The position numbers were made by a program, and so were the translations under genes. From contig OZ316898.1 in NCBI GenBank assembly GCA_973895155.1, forward strand, positions 4,637,079-4,701,078: a stretch of DNA of 64,000 nucleotides, read 5' to 3'. Shown here piece by piece: positions 62,488-64,000 of the stretch (its first letter is position 1; each line of letters opens with the position of its first letter). The stretch is from Marsupella aquatica (lineage: Eukaryota; Plantae; Marchantiophyta). The notes under the pieces were generated by a model, which saw only the letters and a program-made list of their open reading frames with translations, searched no databases and was not told where the DNA came from.

Positions 62488-64000
62488 TTGCAGGAGGGTC
62501 ACCACAGTGTATGTATTGCTCCCCATGACCTATTCTAAATGAAGCCCAGAAACGACAAAGAACCAGAATGAATCATAGTAACCCAGATAGAATGTCTTGC
62601 AACCTGCTACTCAGATAGTACTTTTCCTTCAAACCAAAGTCTGGTCTAACTTGGTGATCTAGGCATGAGGTCCTTCTATTTTAGATAGAAATGCACAAGG
62701 TATTAAAATAGAAGTGCACAAGGGAACCCCAGACTGAAGACCAACCCCTACACAACCAGGTGAAGTCTCGAGCTGGCATGAGCTCCTCAAAATAATTCAA
62801 GTGGTATGATGTGTGTATTCATTTGTCATAGGTTTCCACATTGAACTATGTTGGCCCTGTTTATGTCCAAATAGAGGTATTATTCAAATATACAGAGATT
62901 GTGGCATCTCTCGAGTTCTAATTTGGGGACATTGCGTCTTGTCAGAGCATTGATTTGTAGCGAGTAGGGCACTCGAGAGTTTCTCACTGCCTTGTACAAT
63001 CGTTACTTTCGTCACTACCGTCGTCAAAAGGTCTATTTCCAATACTTCATTATCTGACAGAAACTTTTGGGATGGAGAACCCATGCAAGCTTATAACTCA
63101 TACTTAACATGCCCATTTCGTAGATCCCATCCAAGCAAAACATTTGCGATGGAGATCCCATCCATGCTTATAACCGAGAAAACTAGGAAAACAGAAGACA
63201 TTTCGTTAACATTACTGCCGGCAAAAATAAATTCACGCTTAATGCTGTATTTACCGATTTAGCACTCCTGAGACACCTGCACTCGACACCTACTGGGGCA
63301 TTAGCAGCATCTCCCGGATTACAACGAGTGCTGAATCCTGTAGAAAATGTGGCAATTCCTTTCTTGATATAGCATTTGTACAAGAAATTCAAGCTTCTGT
63401 TCCTCCTCTCTTTCAATAAATGGGTTCTGTACATGACAAATTGTCTGAAGTTGCACCTAAGCATCGAGGACAGAACCCTGCTCCTGCAAAGTTCGACGTT
63501 CTAATGACTTCACTAACCCATCACTATACAACTTTCAACACTTGTTGCACTACTGGTGTACGATGGAGCTCAGTATTCGTAAGCAATACAAGCTTTCGCC
63601 TTTCATGGTGCGTAACAAATGATTAATAAGCTCATTTTCTGACGAGCTTCAAATGGGAACCTGCCATTTTCATCCCCAACTCAAAGACCTGATACAAACA
63701 ATGATATTACATCTATCTTACCACTGGATTCAAGGCAGTCGAGTCTGCCACCTGCTCCTAAAGTGCAGATTGGGATGCCCAACAAAAATGTTTGGCAAGC
63801 ATGTAAACTCCAGAAGGGGGTGTCAGCATCTCACAGCATCAGCGATACACTACATAATACTGCAATTTGGTTGCCCGCCAGATCCAAGTGCTGAGAAATC
63901 TGGAAGCCTGCCATCAGAACAATACACCGACCAAAGAGGGTAAGGGACTGATGCCCAAAGAAAATGCTTCTTTCAAAACAGCACTGCAGTAGGGGAGTCA

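Noticed and set aside
63180-64000. Possible terminal exons of a gene beyond the window edge
   Set aside because: No consistent frame or recognisable domain within the window.

Overview
Eukaryotic land-plant nuclear DNA with spliceosomal introns. It is most likely a moss; this is inferred from a centriolar LRRCC1/VFL1-like gene and a moss-type PLS-DYW PPR protein. Six protein-coding genes are supported: (1) a ~18-exon LRR/coiled-coil LRRCC1-like gene (+, 2937-16793), whose 2.6-kb intron holds (2) an antisense gene for a small, probably plastid, membrane protein plus a tRNA-Trp(CCA) gene; (3) a 3-exon NAC transcription factor (-); (4) a PLS-E-DYW RNA-editing PPR with an intronless CDS (-) and an unexpected OSB-type PDF ssDNA-binding-like motif at its N-terminus; (5) a DCD-domain protein (-); (6) an At1g24560/At3g49055-family coiled-coil protein (-). 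Intergenic DNA holds transposon debris: two solo LTRs with perfect 5-bp TSDs, a decayed PIF/Harbinger inserted into an LTR, MITEs, SINE-like pieces and many short tandem duplications. Exon boundaries were read by eye from GT/AG sites and frame continuity. Family assignments come from motif recognition, not database searches.
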